From positions 1 through 64,000 of the forward strand of contig MU053859.1 of assembly GCA_013239625.1 (NCBI GenBank): a stretch of 64,000 nt of DNA. Direction: 5' to 3'. Below, piece by piece: positions 62,111 to 64,000 of the stretch (positions are counted from its first letter, which is position 1; each line of letters starts with the position of its first letter). Origin of the DNA: Lama guanicoe (taxonomy: Eukaryota). Both the position numbers and the translations under genes were made by a program. The notes below the pieces were generated by a model. That model saw nothing but the letters and a program-made list of their open reading frames with translations, was not told the origin of the DNA and did not search any database.

Positions 62111-63149
62111 GAAAGATCCCAAATCTCCATTACTAATTAATATTTTGGGGAAGTATTGTTCAATGCAATCAGACAAAATAACCAAAATACAGGGGAAAAC
62201 AGAAAAATAGACACAATTATTTGAAGGTAATAAAGTATGTGTATCGCAAAACTAAGAGTCGATTGAGAAAATGCATTATACTACCCAAAATAAGCTTAAA
62301 ATTTATTAGCTACAGTCACAAAATTAATATACTAAAATCAATTGCCTTTATATATCCAATAACCTTTTAAAAATATAACTGAAGGGAAGGCATTGCTTGT
62401 CGACAGCTAACAAACTTTTTTAAAAAAGACAAAACTGGAAATAAACTTAGTAAGAAGTGCTCCAAATTGCTATGAAGAGAACTGAACGAACAAAAAAATA
62501 GAAAACAGCATCATGAATGTAGACTCGAACTGATGGATATTCAGCCATGTCTTGGATTGAAGGCTAAGTGTCAGAGATAAATTTTCCTTAAGTTAATTGA
62601 TTAATTAAGAAGTAATTTAGTATTCTATAAAACTACATCTCAGTTTGTTTTTGTTGATTATAGTGCACGAATTGGCAAAATTCATTATACAATTATTTGG
62701 GAGAGCAAACAAATGAGAAGAGTCAAGTAAACACTGAAAAAGGTGGAAATACAAAATGGCACAATCCTATGGGGAGATAGTTGGAAAAAGCTAGCAAATT
62801 TATATAGGCATTTACATTGTCATCCAGCAATGTCTCTTTGAGGAATTTGTCTTAGTGACAACTTGGCAAAATATAAAAGACATAAGTGCAAAGTATTACA
62901 CTATTTAAAATAGGAATATACTAGGGAAAGAATGAAGATAGTATAAATGTCCATCAACGAGGGGTGGGGGGTAGTTGAATAAACCATGGTACCTCCAATT
63001 AATGAAGAAACATTCAGCTAAATGCAGGATCAGGGGATGTAGCTGTGTCTGTTTGTATATGTGTGCGTGTGCGTGTGTAACGATTTTCTGTAGGGAAGGA
63101 GGAAGAGGACAGGGTGAAAGGGACAGGATAGGAGTTGGAACTATGTTTT

Positions 63150-63365
63150 TTAAAATTTTTTTAAAATGAAGTACAGTCAATTATAATGTGTCAGTTTCTG
63201 GTGTACAGCACAATGTCCCAGTCATTCATATACACACATATATCTGTTGTCACATTTTTCTCCATTAAAAGTTATTACAAGATATTGATCATAGTTCCCT
63301 GTGCTCTACAAAAGAAACTTTTTAGAATCTATTTTTATATACAGTGGCCAACATCTGCAAATATC
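63150..63365 (-). mobile_element. LINE-1 3' end fragment
   Basis: Same family as 36567 element (gaagtacagtcaattataatgtgtcagtttctggtgtacagc). Confidence 0.7.
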
Positions 63366-64000
63366 ACAGGGAGTTGAAATTATGGGAGTGGGAGGTCTCT
63401 ACCTTGCTATACAGGTTTGAGTTTAAAAATATGTAAAAATGCTTTACATAATTATAATTATATTCTATGAATTATGTATAATTATAATTATATAATATGT
63501 ATGCTTATACATAATTTTTAAAACCTGTCAGAATGAAAAAGCGATCTCTAAAAATAAAATGAAATATAAAATAAAGGACTCTGCATATTGTTAGTGACTT
63601 AATTGTAAAGAGAGGAATTATGTGAAGTAAATTTAAAACTGTGGAAGCCCAATGTAATATATACTAAGGACAAAAAAAAACCCTCCAAAAAACACTGTAA
63701 TCTGCTATAAGCAAGTATATTGTTAGTGACACTATTTCTACAGTGATTCTGAAACTTTCTGAATATAGGGCAAAAATGTGATTTCTTCTTATCATTAGTA
63801 CCAAGATATAAGAAAAGAGATACAAATATACAATCATAAAGTAAAACACTGTGTACAGTGACAAGACTTAAATGATCGATTCAATTCAAATGTAATATGT
63901 CTTACACCAAATTTTACTAAATATCACCAAGCTTTACTAAATATTAGCAAAATACATTAGTAAATAATGATGAAGTGGCATATGCCACTTAAATAATTAG

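Noticed and set aside
58727..64000. Search for KLRF1 exon 1 (MQDEERY-like hemITAM)
   Set aside because: Not found; region is mostly L1/LTR and the exon is presumably beyond the window, so absence is not evidence of loss

Overview
Mammalian genomic DNA, most likely camelid (inferred from Vic-1-like tRNA-derived SINEs), from the natural killer gene complex. Four type II C-type lectin-like genes were reconstructed exon by exon from splice sites and translation, in the order CLEC2A/KACL (+) >< KLRF2/NKp65 (-) <> CLEC2B/AICL (+) >< KLRF1/NKp80 (-). These are the two known tail-to-tail receptor-ligand pairs. CLEC2B (5 exons, 180 aa) and KLRF1 exons 2-6 are open; KLRF1 exon 1 was not found in the window. 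The other pair carries one lesion in each gene. In KLRF2 the hemITAM tyrosine codon reads TAA (MENEDG*MML...), followed directly by two in-frame ATGs and an otherwise intact 190-aa frame. The putative CLEC2A transmembrane exon is frameshifted across a coding (TG)7 microsatellite. The rest is LINE-1, SINE, solo LTR and DNA-transposon sequence, plus an 853-N gap flanked by a near-identical 1.43-kb duplication that is probably an assembly artefact. No CRISPR, rRNA or genuine tRNA gene was seen. Gene and repeat names come from recalled similarity, not database searches.
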